From positions 8,517 through 72,516 of the IMG/VR virus record IMGVR_UViG_3300035698_010970: a DNA stretch of 64,000 nt; one strand, given 5' to 3'. Below are positions 26,400-36,056 of this stretch, piece by piece. Position 1 is the first letter of the stretch. Each line of letters starts with the position of its first letter. A program made the position numbers and the translations under genes. This DNA is from a virus. Under the pieces are notes generated by a model that saw only the letters and a list, made by a program, of their open reading frames with translations, searched no databases and was not told the origin of the DNA.

Positions 26400-29300
26400 T
26401 TAGTCTCCGTTTCCTACTAGAAGTAGAAGGCCCCTGGTACGGTACACGCCAACGCATGCCCGGTTGTCATTCTCCACATCGAGAAACTTGACGGTGTTGT
26501 CTGCATCGAGTTCTGCCCACCGAGTGATTACGACCAGGAGTAACTCGTCTTTTCGGAAAAGGGCAGAATCCTGCTTGGACCGTGCCAAGAGTGGGAAGAA
26601 CACTTTGTGACGGTTGAGGCCACTGAGAGGCTGTGCAAAAGCTGACGGACGATACGTGGTCTCGTTGACCACGGGATACGCAACCCGGAACTCCGTATCC
26701 TGGATCGGAGTCTGGTTCACGTTGACTCCACCCAAGGTGTAGTTCTTCGTTCCGTCGGCCGGGATGTTGGGATGCAAAGATAGTAATCCCGTATCAGCAT
26801 CGAAGTCGTCGATCGAAATCTGGGCAGAAGATACGAAGTACCACTCGCCGGGAAATTCTTGGCCAGGTGCGGGAGGGTTCGTTGAGCTGCTCTGGTCGTT
26901 GACCGGGATTTGGTCAAGGGGTGCTGCGTATGGGTACGAGGAGTCCACGGTGCCCATACCTGCGGTGCCTGTCCATAGCTCCTGAGACATCACCAGAGGT
27001 TCCACGGCCAGCTCAGCGGGCAGAGGAGCCCCAGCACCCATGTAGGGGAAACTCGTCACTGTGGTAGACACTACGCCCTCTTTGGTGCCAGCTGTTTGAG
27101 GCGCGTTTGAGCGATAGTAGACGCCAATTTGGTATCCTGCTCCGGCAGGTCCTGCTTGTGGGATCGCATCTTGCGAGAAGTACCCGACTGCAATTTGGGT
27201 CTGCCCAGCTCCAGACAAAGGAAGAGCCGGGGCAAATCCGGAGTTTCGTAGCTGAACGAATCGACTAGAGCTTCCGTACTCTGTGTTGCCATCATCCACA
27301 ACGCGCCCACCAGCATCGTTCTGATCTATCACGCTTATGGGCTGAACAAAAGACCCCCAAGACCGTCGAGGCAACACGAAGGAAAGGTTGTCTCGACTCA
27401 CGAGTGTCTCAGGTGTGACAGACCCGATGGGTGCTCCGTTGTTGCCACCGCCCCCCGAGGGATCATTGGACACGTACTCAAGAGCCACTTCTCTAAAACC
27501 TGCACGGAAGGAAGGCTGAAGGGGGCTCTCCATATCGAGAGGCCGCTGAGCCAGCGAGCTATCGTTCTCGACGAACGGACCAAAAGGGTAAACGTCTGTT
27601 GAGGCATTGCTGACCTCAAGGTCGGGGGTGTTGGTGATCCCGTTGCCCGCAGGGTAGGTAATTTCTAGCTCGATGAAGATGCGACGTTGAGAGCCCTGAT
27701 CTCCAACAGCCAGGGACCCCACCATACCAGCCGTAGGGCCAGGAAGGCCCTGGTTGACTTGGGCGTTGTTCGTATCTAGCTCGATGGAGACGTGCTCAGT
27801 GCCCAAGCCTTGGATCACAGACGCCTGCACGTCTTGCGAAACGGCAGACGTGAAGTTTCCATCATCGTGGAAAGCCGTCAGTACGTTGGTGATCTGAGTT
27901 CCTGCCGGCATGAAGTCGAAGATGTTTCCCGTAGGAAGATTGGCATCGGACAACAGGTAGTTTCCAAGCGTCGAAGCGTTGAGGTTTGCCAGGTCGAGGT
28001 GCAACACATCTTGCTCGGCCCAACCGAAGAAGGCTCCCGCATACCCTGCACGCTCCACGTATTTGCCAGGGTTGGCAACCTGTGTGTCGTTGGGGCGGAA
28101 CTCGAACACCACACGCTCTACGACAGACTGATCTGCGAATCGTCGAGCTACGTGGTCAAAGTTTCGAACGGTTTCCCCGTTCGTGGTGTTGCCCGACAAC
28201 GGAGCAACACCGTCTAGTCCCGGAGGGTTGGTCTCTGTGCGTCCAATCTGGTCGCACACCAAGAACTGTGTCGAGACATCTCCTGTTCCGTTCCCCAGCA
28301 CCTGCTTCGTTGAGGTATCAATGGCCCACGTACGGTAGTTGCCGTCAAGCAGAGACTTCATTTGATGCTGAAGCTCCGCAGCAAGATCTACCCCATTTAG
28401 CATCACGTGGCGTCGAAGATCAAGAAGATCCGTGTCGACGATAGCGTCGGCAAAAGCGCTGTCGGGGCGGTCCGACTCGCCCTGGTCCACGATCCCATAA
28501 AGGGCGCTATTCGAGAACGCGGCATGGTCATGAGGAAGGGCACCATTGGTGTTGTTGGCTGGGCTCCACCCGGCTCCGGCTCCCGCGTTGTAGGCATCGT
28601 TTCTACGGAAGGCAAATGCGATGGGAATGGCGTAGACAAAGCCATCAACTGAGCCCAACGCGTTGGCAGAAGCCAGCGTGCCATCTCCAGCGATGAACAA
28701 ACCGTTGTCTTGCTTCCCGTATCCGATGCCTACTCCTGCAATCTGGTCCCGAGCGTCTGAGTTGCCTACAACAGACGTTAGATCCGCAGGAACGAAGGGG
28801 AAGCTCGCAACGGGGCTTCCTTGTGATCCCTGAGCCAAGATTGACGGGTTGCTGAAGCCATCAGGTTGCGTGCGGAAGTTGACACCCTCTGCTACACCTG
28901 TAGCACGAATACGGTACTGAACCTGCACCCGACGAGCAGACTCGGCAACAAGGTTCGGGTCTGCCAAGTCGTCGGGTAGGGCGACTGCTGGGGAGGACTG
29001 CACATTGCCGTGACGGTAGACGAGATTTTGGCCCGGCTTGTTCGCAGTGTCGCTACCACCCGAAAGCGTTGCACCCGAGGGGATGATGACCGCTGGAATG
29101 GAGGAAGCCAGTGTGATGGCGTTCCCGACTGCACCCGAAGCCAGAGCAATGACCGTAACGATAGGGCCATTCACTTGGGCTCGTGCCGTTGGAACAAAGG
29201 TCGTGATGGCCGAGGCTAGCTCGATGGCCGTCGCAGGAGCGGAGCCAGCGATCAGGAATTCGTTGGGTACAGGAACGCCCGCAGTTGCCGTAAGGACGAC

Positions 29301-29852
29301 GCCGTCAACCGTGACGGTGTCTCCGGGGTTGATTGACAGAGGGCTTCCCACTTGGAACGTTCCCGTTGCTGTCGGACTTGCCTGAACTTGAGCAAGCCAA
29401 ACTTCTAGGAAAACGAAGTCCGTACGCTTGAAGCTGGGCGGAGTGCCGTTGAACGTCGTAGGAGGATCTAGCTGGATGAGGTTGTCCCCTGCCGTATCAG
29501 TGTTCGTGAACTCGATGTCCACGACATAGCCCGCAACAAGGGCTTGACGCCTCCGCATGTGGAAGGTGTCGGCTATGAAGTCGGGGTTGAGTGCGGGGCC
29601 TGCGAGCCATGGAGCATCGTAAGAGAAGTCTCCGTACGAGTCTGCCCGAGTCTGCCCACGCAACCATCCCGAATGAGACTGATTGCAGAGCAGGAGATCC
29701 TTGATTGACTTGCGAAGATCTTGGTCAAGGTTCAGTTCGGAGTCTAGAACAGGTCTTCCACTCTGGTAAACCACAGACGCGTATCCCGTTTCTCCAGGAG
29801 GGAGATAACGAGACACGGCTGAGCCAGGGAAGTATCTGTTTCTAATGGGCAT
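26400..29852 (-). CDS. Virion structural protein, DUF4815/DUF6519-like; paralogue of 13401..19028
   Basis: 1150 aa; VVYQSGRPVLDSELN, RTDFVFLEVW, RVQVQYRIR, SVDGFVYAIP..FRRN. Confidence 0.75.
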   Translation of the reverse strand: MPIRNRYFPGSAVSRYLPPGETGYASVVYQSGRPVLDSELNLDQDLRKSIKDLLLCNQSHSGWLRGQTRADSYGDFSYDAPWLAGPALNPDFIADTFHMRRRQALVAGYVVDIEFTNTDTAGDNLIQLDPPTTFNGTPPSFKRTDFVFLEVWLAQVQASPTATGTFQVGSPLSINPGDTVTVDGVVLTATAGVPVPNEFLIAGSAPATAIELASAITTFVPTARAQVNGPIVTVIALASGAVGNAITLASSIPAVIIPSGATLSGGSDTANKPGQNLVYRHGNVQSSPAVALPDDLADPNLVAESARRVQVQYRIRATGVAEGVNFRTQPDGFSNPSILAQGSQGSPVASFPFVPADLTSVVGNSDARDQIAGVGIGYGKQDNGLFIAGDGTLASANALGSVDGFVYAIPIAFAFRRNDAYNAGAGAGWSPANNTNGALPHDHAAFSNSALYGIVDQGESDRPDSAFADAIVDTDLLDLRRHVMLNGVDLAAELQHQMKSLLDGNYRTWAIDTSTKQVLGNGTGDVSTQFLVCDQIGRTETNPPGLDGVAPLSGNTTNGETVRNFDHVARRFADQSVVERVVFEFRPNDTQVANPGKYVERAGYAGAFFGWAEQDVLHLDLANLNASTLGNYLLSDANLPTGNIFDFMPAGTQITNVLTAFHDDGNFTSAVSQDVQASVIQGLGTEHVSIELDTNNAQVNQGLPGPTAGMVGSLAVGDQGSQRRIFIELEITYPAGNGITNTPDLEVSNASTDVYPFGPFVENDSSLAQRPLDMESPLQPSFRAGFREVALEYVSNDPSGGGGNNGAPIGSVTPETLVSRDNLSFVLPRRSWGSFVQPISVIDQNDAGGRVVDDGNTEYGSSSRFVQLRNSGFAPALPLSGAGQTQIAVGYFSQDAIPQAGPAGAGYQIGVYYRSNAPQTAGTKEGVVSTTVTSFPYMGAGAPLPAELAVEPLVMSQELWTGTAGMGTVDSSYPYAAPLDQIPVNDQSSSTNPPAPGQEFPGEWYFVSSAQISIDDFDADTGLLSLHPNIPADGTKNYTLGGVNVNQTPIQDTEFRVAYPVVNETTYRPSAFAQPLSGLNRHKVFFPLLARSKQDSALFRKDELLLVVITRWAELDADNTVKFLDVENDNRACVGVYRTRGLLLLVGNGD

Positions 29853-29928
29853 CTAGGACGCTTTCTTCTCTTCTCTTTTGCGGGAGGACGGGTTTGTCAG
29901 TCTCGCATGAGGGACAAGTTAACATAAG

Positions 29929-30576
29929 TCAAAATGAAATTCGCCAAGTTATGCTCAAAATTGCAGTCGCTGGCTTTACAACGGCTCCAAAGGTGAGGTG
30001 ATTAACCTCGGAATCGTACTGTGAAACATCGATGGTCGGATCATAGGGTTGACCCCCTTGTCCGGATGTGTTCGGATTAGGGTTGGTGATGGCGGCGTTC
30101 GCAGAGAGAGTGGAAAGAAGCGCCATCTCGTTGAGGGGTCCAACAGCTTCGCTCTCGTTGAAGACCGTGGTGAAGTCCACCACGTTCGTAGCGATCGAAG
30201 AGGCCGCGCCTTGAGCATCACGGAACGTGGTGTTCTCAAAAGCCTTGCGAGCAATCTCTTGGTTGAGAGATCTCTGCTGATTCGAGGGCGTGTCAGGGTT
30301 GAGAACGGCACCCAAAGCCCCCGTCCCCACGGCAAGCATGTTGATCCCGTGCGCGGGTTCCGCATTATCCTTGCAGAGACGAGCAACAAGGATCCCAGCA
30401 TCAAGCGTGATGATGTTGTCCTTCTGCCACTCCACGAGGCTTTCTCCAGAACGAGCGTCCCGCATATCGAAAAAAACGGTTCCGTGAAGTTGGACTCCCG
30501 TTTCCCGATATCCGGTATGCAACCCCAGAGCAACGGCTGTGTTGGCTCTCTTCATGTGTTCTCGTCCGCGCATCAA
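29929..30576 (-). CDS. Tail-fibre attachment / collar-like protein (DUF3751-like)
   Basis: NIITLDAG, LAVGTG, LNQEIARK, FNESEAVGPLNEMAL, K....LSITWRISF pattern. Confidence 0.65.
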   Translation of the reverse strand: MMRGREHMKRANTAVALGLHTGYRETGVQLHGTVFFDMRDARSGESLVEWQKDNIITLDAGILVARLCKDNAEPAHGINMLAVGTGALGAVLNPDTPSNQQRSLNQEIARKAFENTTFRDAQGAASSIATNVVDFTTVFNESEAVGPLNEMALLSTLSANAAITNPNPNTSGQGGQPYDPTIDVSQYDSEVNHLTFGAVVKPATAILSITWRISF

Positions 30577-30619
30577 GCTCTCCGCTGCTGTTTGAGGAAT
30601 ACCATAGGCCAGATACCGC

Positions 30620-33600
30620 CTATGGAAAGCTTATTCCGGCTGTGAAAAATAGGGTCGTGGAAACCAAAGTTCCTGTGTCGTACATGACCCCAACGACGCC
30701 CCATCCAACAATACCGGGAGTCCCAGGTACAGGCGGGGATGTGACGCTCGAAGCGGTAAACGGAGGATAAAGGAGCGCTTCGGAGAGGTCCCCACCCAGA
30801 GGAGCTGTGCCGCCACTGGCCATGAGGAATCCTCCGGAGAGCGCTGCTCCAGATCCAGCTCCCGCGGCTCCAGGAGAGCCTGGAGTGCCGTCTGAGAGGA
30901 AAAAGCCACCTGTTTCTGTGAACGCTAGGCCACTGAAGCTGAGGTCTCGAAGACCTGCAAGCTTGCTCTGATCATCGCAGAACGAGGAGAGCTGCCCCGA
31001 CAGACCTCCGTTGTCGACCTCCAAGAATTTCAGGTCTTCGTAAAAGGCATCAGAAGGGACATTCGCAAATTGTACCGTGCGATACGGGCTGTTGTCGATC
31101 GTGTCGGGATCACCGGAGATATCTGTAGGATCTTCGACAACCGTACCAAAGATTGCTTCTGCAAGGGTCTCGCAGATCCTGCTCTTGGGGACAGGAGGCG
31201 TTCCTTCGTTGAGAAGCGTGACGCCACTGAGGAGGGGCTGCGTGTTTAGGTACGTACAGGTGACGGGTTTGCCCGGCGCAAACGTAACCGTGACAGGGAT
31301 GTTGATCAGGTTTTGTTCAAGCTCGATCTGCTCGAAGTCACCTTCGTCTGAAGGGTCTCCCCCAATAGCGCTGAACAGGACGCCATTATCCAAGTCGTCT
31401 ATTAGGACGGGGGGCCAAAGGAAGACACCATCATTGAGGGTAACGGTTTGGGACGTTAAATCCAGCGTGAAGCTATCGGGGAAGAGTGTTGCGGTGGATC
31501 CGTCGAAATTCGTGTATGTCAGCGAGAAGACACGGTCTGCCGTGATCCCTCCGGCCTTGAGAGAAATGGTCTGGTTGTCGAGGGAGGTAACAACCAGTGT
31601 CTCAAACGTTGTGTCTTTGGTCAGCTCACCGCTGTTGATCACATTCCACTGGTTTAGCACCATGTGGTGGGGAGCAATGAGGGTCTCGTCAGGGTATTGG
31701 TATATCCGATACCGAACATCTTCCCACCTTTGCTGCGTAACTGAGGCAGGATCAAGGGCGCCAAACGCTACGAACCCGATAGGAGAGCTGTCTCCAAGTC
31801 GTGGAAGGTCTTGGTACTCCACGTTGATCCAGCCAGCACTTGGCTCAGTGATCTGCGTCGCAAAATTGCCCGAGAAGAAGGGAGGAGGAGGCAAATCCGG
31901 ACGGATAATCGTCACGCCCCAAGTCGGATCGCGATGGATACGGACCTGAATATCCGCTGTCCAGTCCATGGGCTCGATAGCGGCACCCAAATCAGAGTTG
32001 GAGAACATCAGAGCATCCGTACGTGGAAGCTCCCAGTTGTCGATATTCGACAAGTCTCCGCCCAACCAAACGCCCAAAGTTCGAAACACGTTAGAGGCAG
32101 GGAGCGTTGAGACGGAGAAGGACCCCAGAGCAACACTCGCCTCCGTCGAGCTACCCGTGAGCCCGAAGAGGACCTGGTCATCCGTAGGCGTAACCGTGAA
32201 GTTTGCACCGTATGCGACGACCCCCAAAACTAGGTCATCAATGACCACCGTCACGGAATCTGTTGACGGATCGATGAGGGCACGGTAGGTGTGCTCGCTA
32301 CCGTCAGCAAAATCAAAGCTGAACGCGGAAACCTCCACTCCGCTATCGATATCGAAGAGCACGACCTGTGCTGGGAGAATCCCGACAGGTATGTGTAGTT
32401 TGATGCCTACTCCTCGTGCTGATCCCGGGGGTCCGGCATCCGTTCCCCACAGAATGCCCGTGTCTCCCGTCAAGTCCGAAGTTATCGCCGAGTCTACGCG
32501 AATACGAGCTTCGAGTATTCTTCCGCCTGAAGGTAGAAGCTCGGCGAAGTAGTCAGAGAAATTGGCGGTGTAAGAGAGGGATTCTCCAGCAACCTGCCCG
32601 AACTGGATGACTTTCCCTTGAACCCGCTCAACCGTCAAAGAACCGCTCTTGACCCACCCCTGAGAAGTTGGATCGCCCGGAAGGAGAAGACCGGAAAGCG
32701 ATATAGAGGGGAGATCCGTGACCAGGCGACGCTCTGTAGCCGTTTCTTCGTACAAGACGGTCGAGAGGCGAACTTCTCGCTCTCCATCTCGGACAATGAT
32801 CTGAGCATCTCCCGATCCCTGTGTGCCAGACTCCACTCGGAAAATGGCATCCAGATCCAGACTCTCCGTCTTATCTAAGAACGCCTCAAGTCGAGCATAA
32901 CCAAAGGAGAGATCGAGCCCCTCTACTCCAGGCATGTTGTTCGACGCAACGCTCTTGAGAAGGAGAGCATCTCCTGACGAATCGATTTCGGAATATCCGA
33001 ACCCTTGAGTCACGAACCAGACGTTATTCAGGTGCTCCTCGGGAAGCTCCGTCATGTCTGCTTCCGCAACAATGCCTTTAAACTTGAACGTGGACAAGTC
33101 CGGCTCTAGGCTGTACTGGACAAAGCTCCAAAGGCTGTTGCTAGCAGCTTGGCGGTCGAGATGGCCAAAGAACACTTGACCTCTATCGGAAGTCGGGAAG
33201 GTTAGGACAGAGTTCGCAGGAATAGCGAACTTCGGTGCTCCATCCAAGGTCAAAGATAGACCTGTGAGGCTTCCTCCCAAGAAGAGTTGAGCAAAGCCAA
33301 GAGGGGAACGCTTCCGGTCATTGCGGATCGCAAGACGATACGTAAAAGGTTGCGTTCCCTCTACCCCTCCATCCCATTTGACCTCGAAGTAGGCTGGGAA
33401 GAATGTATTCCCAAAGACGGAAGGGTCTTCAGGGAAGGTGTTGTCGGAAGTTAGCGTAACCGTCGACACGCCATCAGAACCGTCCAAGATGTTTTGGATC
33501 GTGTATACGCCGGCTTGCGTGCCTTCTAAAATTTGAAATCGCTGGTCAAGGGGCCCAGTCTCTGCGCACTTCCGACGGACAAAGTCTGGAATAGCAGAGG

Positions 33601-36049
33601 TAGCAACCGTGAGGGTTGTCGCATCCACGACCGTGATAGAAGCGCCTCCGGCAAGCTGCCAGGAATCGATAAGATCTGGTCGATCGGGTTCGACCAACAT
33701 GCCAATGTGTTGCACGTCGTTGCACAACAAGGCTCCTACGAGGTAAAGGTGGTCGTCGTTGTGGGCTCCGAACCCTACGCCCGAAAATACTCCGTCGTAC
33801 GTGACAGAGACGGCATTCACATAGAATCGCGAAGCTACGACAATCGAAGAGGGAGTCGAGACATCGATTTCCCGACTCCAAACAGCCGGGATACCCGTGC
33901 CAAACGGGCCAGGAGTTTGGGCTACGACCGGGTAGACGCCTGACTCAAACGTGAACTCCGGAGATCCGATAGGTTCCAAGTCCTCGCTATTCGTTGTCTC
34001 GTCAACCCCAAACAGGTTCCACGGGGGGTTGGCCTCGAAGGGGGCAAGTGTTCCATCGAAATTGACCGTCTCACCTTCAGGGGTGATCTCCGCGGATGGG
34101 AGCGCAATCTCGTGGTTGCTGCGGTTGAGCAGCAGCGTTGTTGGGCTGTTGATAGCAGCCGTATAGGACTTCTCAAAACCTAGGTATCGGTGACTGATGT
34201 GTAGCGGCTTACGAGGCTTCTTTGGTCCAAGAACAACGGCAAAGGGGTAGCGCTGGTCGGCTTGCGATCCTCCGCCGGGGAGGCCCACTCCCGAAGAGAA
34301 CACGACATTTCCTCCGGTCTGGATATCATACTTGTTGAGTACGAGTCCCAAGGAGTTGAGACCCACCATCTCCATGATGGGAGAAGGGAACCAAACGTAG
34401 TCAACCTCCACCTCCATAGCCCCTAGAGGCATGAGCGGGATCGGGATGACTGTCCTCACCAGTCCGAGATAAGGGTTGACTGCGAGGACTTCGACCTCGA
34501 CGCCGTTGACTCGAACGGTAACGTCCTGAGCTGAAGCGGGAGAGCCATCTCCCCAACCTTTGACGAGAGGGCCGCAGTCAGTCTTGAAAGTGTTCTGAGC
34601 CAGGGCACCGCTGCCTGTGAACGGGCTTTCTTGTCCATGCAGGAAGTTCCACGCTGCCGAGAAGACCGTTTGAGACGATGTGTACCTCAGGTCCGTGATC
34701 TGGAAGTTAGCAACTTCGTACGATCCAGAAGGGTCCAGTACGAACTCAGCCCCAGCAGCAATCGTAGGGATACCCGTGAAGAAGTCTATAGTGTTAGAGA
34801 CGACGGGGCAGTCGTCTATGACGACCGTCATGGTGTTGGCTTGCTGATTCCTTACCAAGCCAAACGTAGTAGGTTGCGTGCTCCAACTCTGGGGGACGTT
34901 GACGATGTAGGGGCCCGACGAGACCTGAATGAAGTCGTTGCCACCAATCCTCTGAAGAGAGATGAGGGTCTGAACTCCGCCGTCTGAAACCGTGAACGTT
35001 GCGACCGTGCCGTCAAACAGTGCTGGGCTGAACGCCGCAGTCGTGGCGTCAATACCAACCTCAACTCGGAAAGATGACCCAGGGAGAACCTTCCCGCTTG
35101 TGTCTTGGAAACCCCAACCGTAGCTTACTCCGGCTTGTTTTTGGAGGATCAGGTTCGAGTTGATGATGTTTGAGGATCCCGTCCCTACTTCCGTTCCAAG
35201 GAAGGAACTCGCAGCACTAGGAAGCGTGGAACCGTCATAGACGACAGCATCAGCAGGACTGATACTCATCGTATACTGTGTTTCCGTCATCCCTTGGACG
35301 CCAAGCTCAACTTGCGAGAAGTCTCCGGCAACAGGATGGGCCACGCCTAAGACCGTGATAGGAACGGGGAACGTTGTCAGGAACGCGTAAGCCGTCGGGT
35401 CTTCGATGCCCGGAGAGAAGGCCACCTCCGGAAGCATGTCCTGCTCAAAGTCGACGAGAATAGTATCGCCATCAACGGGCGTAACCGTGTAAAGAGGCGG
35501 CTCCCCTTTGCTCAGGATGTTACGAGCAACATTATCGGGAGGCATCATCGGGGCGCCCGAGCTTGTGTAGACGTTGCTGACCGTGACGTCGTACAAGCCT
35601 CCAAGCGTTGTTCCCGTGTGGTGGATCAACGCTGAAGTGGCTCCTGCAGATCCGGTCATTCCTACTTCGATCGAGGTGGGAGTCGAAGGAGCCGCACCGA
35701 AGATGTCTGTCAGGGCATAGTTTGTTGGATCAAAGAAGTCTGCATCCGTGAGCATCTCAACCGAGAAGAAAACCTCGATGGTGTAGCCCGTGATCGAAAC
35801 AGCACTGGTGACTGCACCAAAGACTTGTCCAAGGCAGCCGTAACTACTTAGCCCGTAGGGCTTTCCACCGTAGCCTCCAGAGACATAGGAAGGCACTGGA
35901 GGAGGGTTTACAGAACCGTAGGGGCCATGACCATAAGGTTCTCCCCCATACCCCGAGCCAGGCCCGTGAGGTTGCGGTACAAGAACCCCACCTACGGAGC
36001 CGTATGGACCCCATCCGTAGGGATCCTGTCCGTTTCCTTGCAGGGGCAT
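30620..36049 (-). CDS. Large multidomain virion protein (Ig-like and lectin-like modules)
   Basis: 1809 aa; N-terminal GYGxxPYG repeats, Ig-like TIEVFFS...NYAL segments, beta-sandwich-like repeats. Confidence 0.7.
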   Translation of the reverse strand: MPLQGNGQDPYGWGPYGSVGGVLVPQPHGPGSGYGGEPYGHGPYGSVNPPPVPSYVSGGYGGKPYGLSSYGCLGQVFGAVTSAVSITGYTIEVFFSVEMLTDADFFDPTNYALTDIFGAAPSTPTSIEVGMTGSAGATSALIHHTGTTLGGLYDVTVSNVYTSSGAPMMPPDNVARNILSKGEPPLYTVTPVDGDTILVDFEQDMLPEVAFSPGIEDPTAYAFLTTFPVPITVLGVAHPVAGDFSQVELGVQGMTETQYTMSISPADAVVYDGSTLPSAASSFLGTEVGTGSSNIINSNLILQKQAGVSYGWGFQDTSGKVLPGSSFRVEVGIDATTAAFSPALFDGTVATFTVSDGGVQTLISLQRIGGNDFIQVSSGPYIVNVPQSWSTQPTTFGLVRNQQANTMTVVIDDCPVVSNTIDFFTGIPTIAAGAEFVLDPSGSYEVANFQITDLRYTSSQTVFSAAWNFLHGQESPFTGSGALAQNTFKTDCGPLVKGWGDGSPASAQDVTVRVNGVEVEVLAVNPYLGLVRTVIPIPLMPLGAMEVEVDYVWFPSPIMEMVGLNSLGLVLNKYDIQTGGNVVFSSGVGLPGGGSQADQRYPFAVVLGPKKPRKPLHISHRYLGFEKSYTAAINSPTTLLLNRSNHEIALPSAEITPEGETVNFDGTLAPFEANPPWNLFGVDETTNSEDLEPIGSPEFTFESGVYPVVAQTPGPFGTGIPAVWSREIDVSTPSSIVVASRFYVNAVSVTYDGVFSGVGFGAHNDDHLYLVGALLCNDVQHIGMLVEPDRPDLIDSWQLAGGASITVVDATTLTVATSAIPDFVRRKCAETGPLDQRFQILEGTQAGVYTIQNILDGSDGVSTVTLTSDNTFPEDPSVFGNTFFPAYFEVKWDGGVEGTQPFTYRLAIRNDRKRSPLGFAQLFLGGSLTGLSLTLDGAPKFAIPANSVLTFPTSDRGQVFFGHLDRQAASNSLWSFVQYSLEPDLSTFKFKGIVAEADMTELPEEHLNNVWFVTQGFGYSEIDSSGDALLLKSVASNNMPGVEGLDLSFGYARLEAFLDKTESLDLDAIFRVESGTQGSGDAQIIVRDGEREVRLSTVLYEETATERRLVTDLPSISLSGLLLPGDPTSQGWVKSGSLTVERVQGKVIQFGQVAGESLSYTANFSDYFAELLPSGGRILEARIRVDSAITSDLTGDTGILWGTDAGPPGSARGVGIKLHIPVGILPAQVVLFDIDSGVEVSAFSFDFADGSEHTYRALIDPSTDSVTVVIDDLVLGVVAYGANFTVTPTDDQVLFGLTGSSTEASVALGSFSVSTLPASNVFRTLGVWLGGDLSNIDNWELPRTDALMFSNSDLGAAIEPMDWTADIQVRIHRDPTWGVTIIRPDLPPPPFFSGNFATQITEPSAGWINVEYQDLPRLGDSSPIGFVAFGALDPASVTQQRWEDVRYRIYQYPDETLIAPHHMVLNQWNVINSGELTKDTTFETLVVTSLDNQTISLKAGGITADRVFSLTYTNFDGSTATLFPDSFTLDLTSQTVTLNDGVFLWPPVLIDDLDNGVLFSAIGGDPSDEGDFEQIELEQNLINIPVTVTFAPGKPVTCTYLNTQPLLSGVTLLNEGTPPVPKSRICETLAEAIFGTVVEDPTDISGDPDTIDNSPYRTVQFANVPSDAFYEDLKFLEVDNGGLSGQLSSFCDDQSKLAGLRDLSFSGLAFTETGGFFLSDGTPGSPGAAGAGSGAALSGGFLMASGGTAPLGGDLSEALLYPPFTASSVTSPPVPGTPGIVGWGVVGVMYDTGTLVSTTLFFTAGISFP

Positions 36050-36056
36050 TCGTTCC

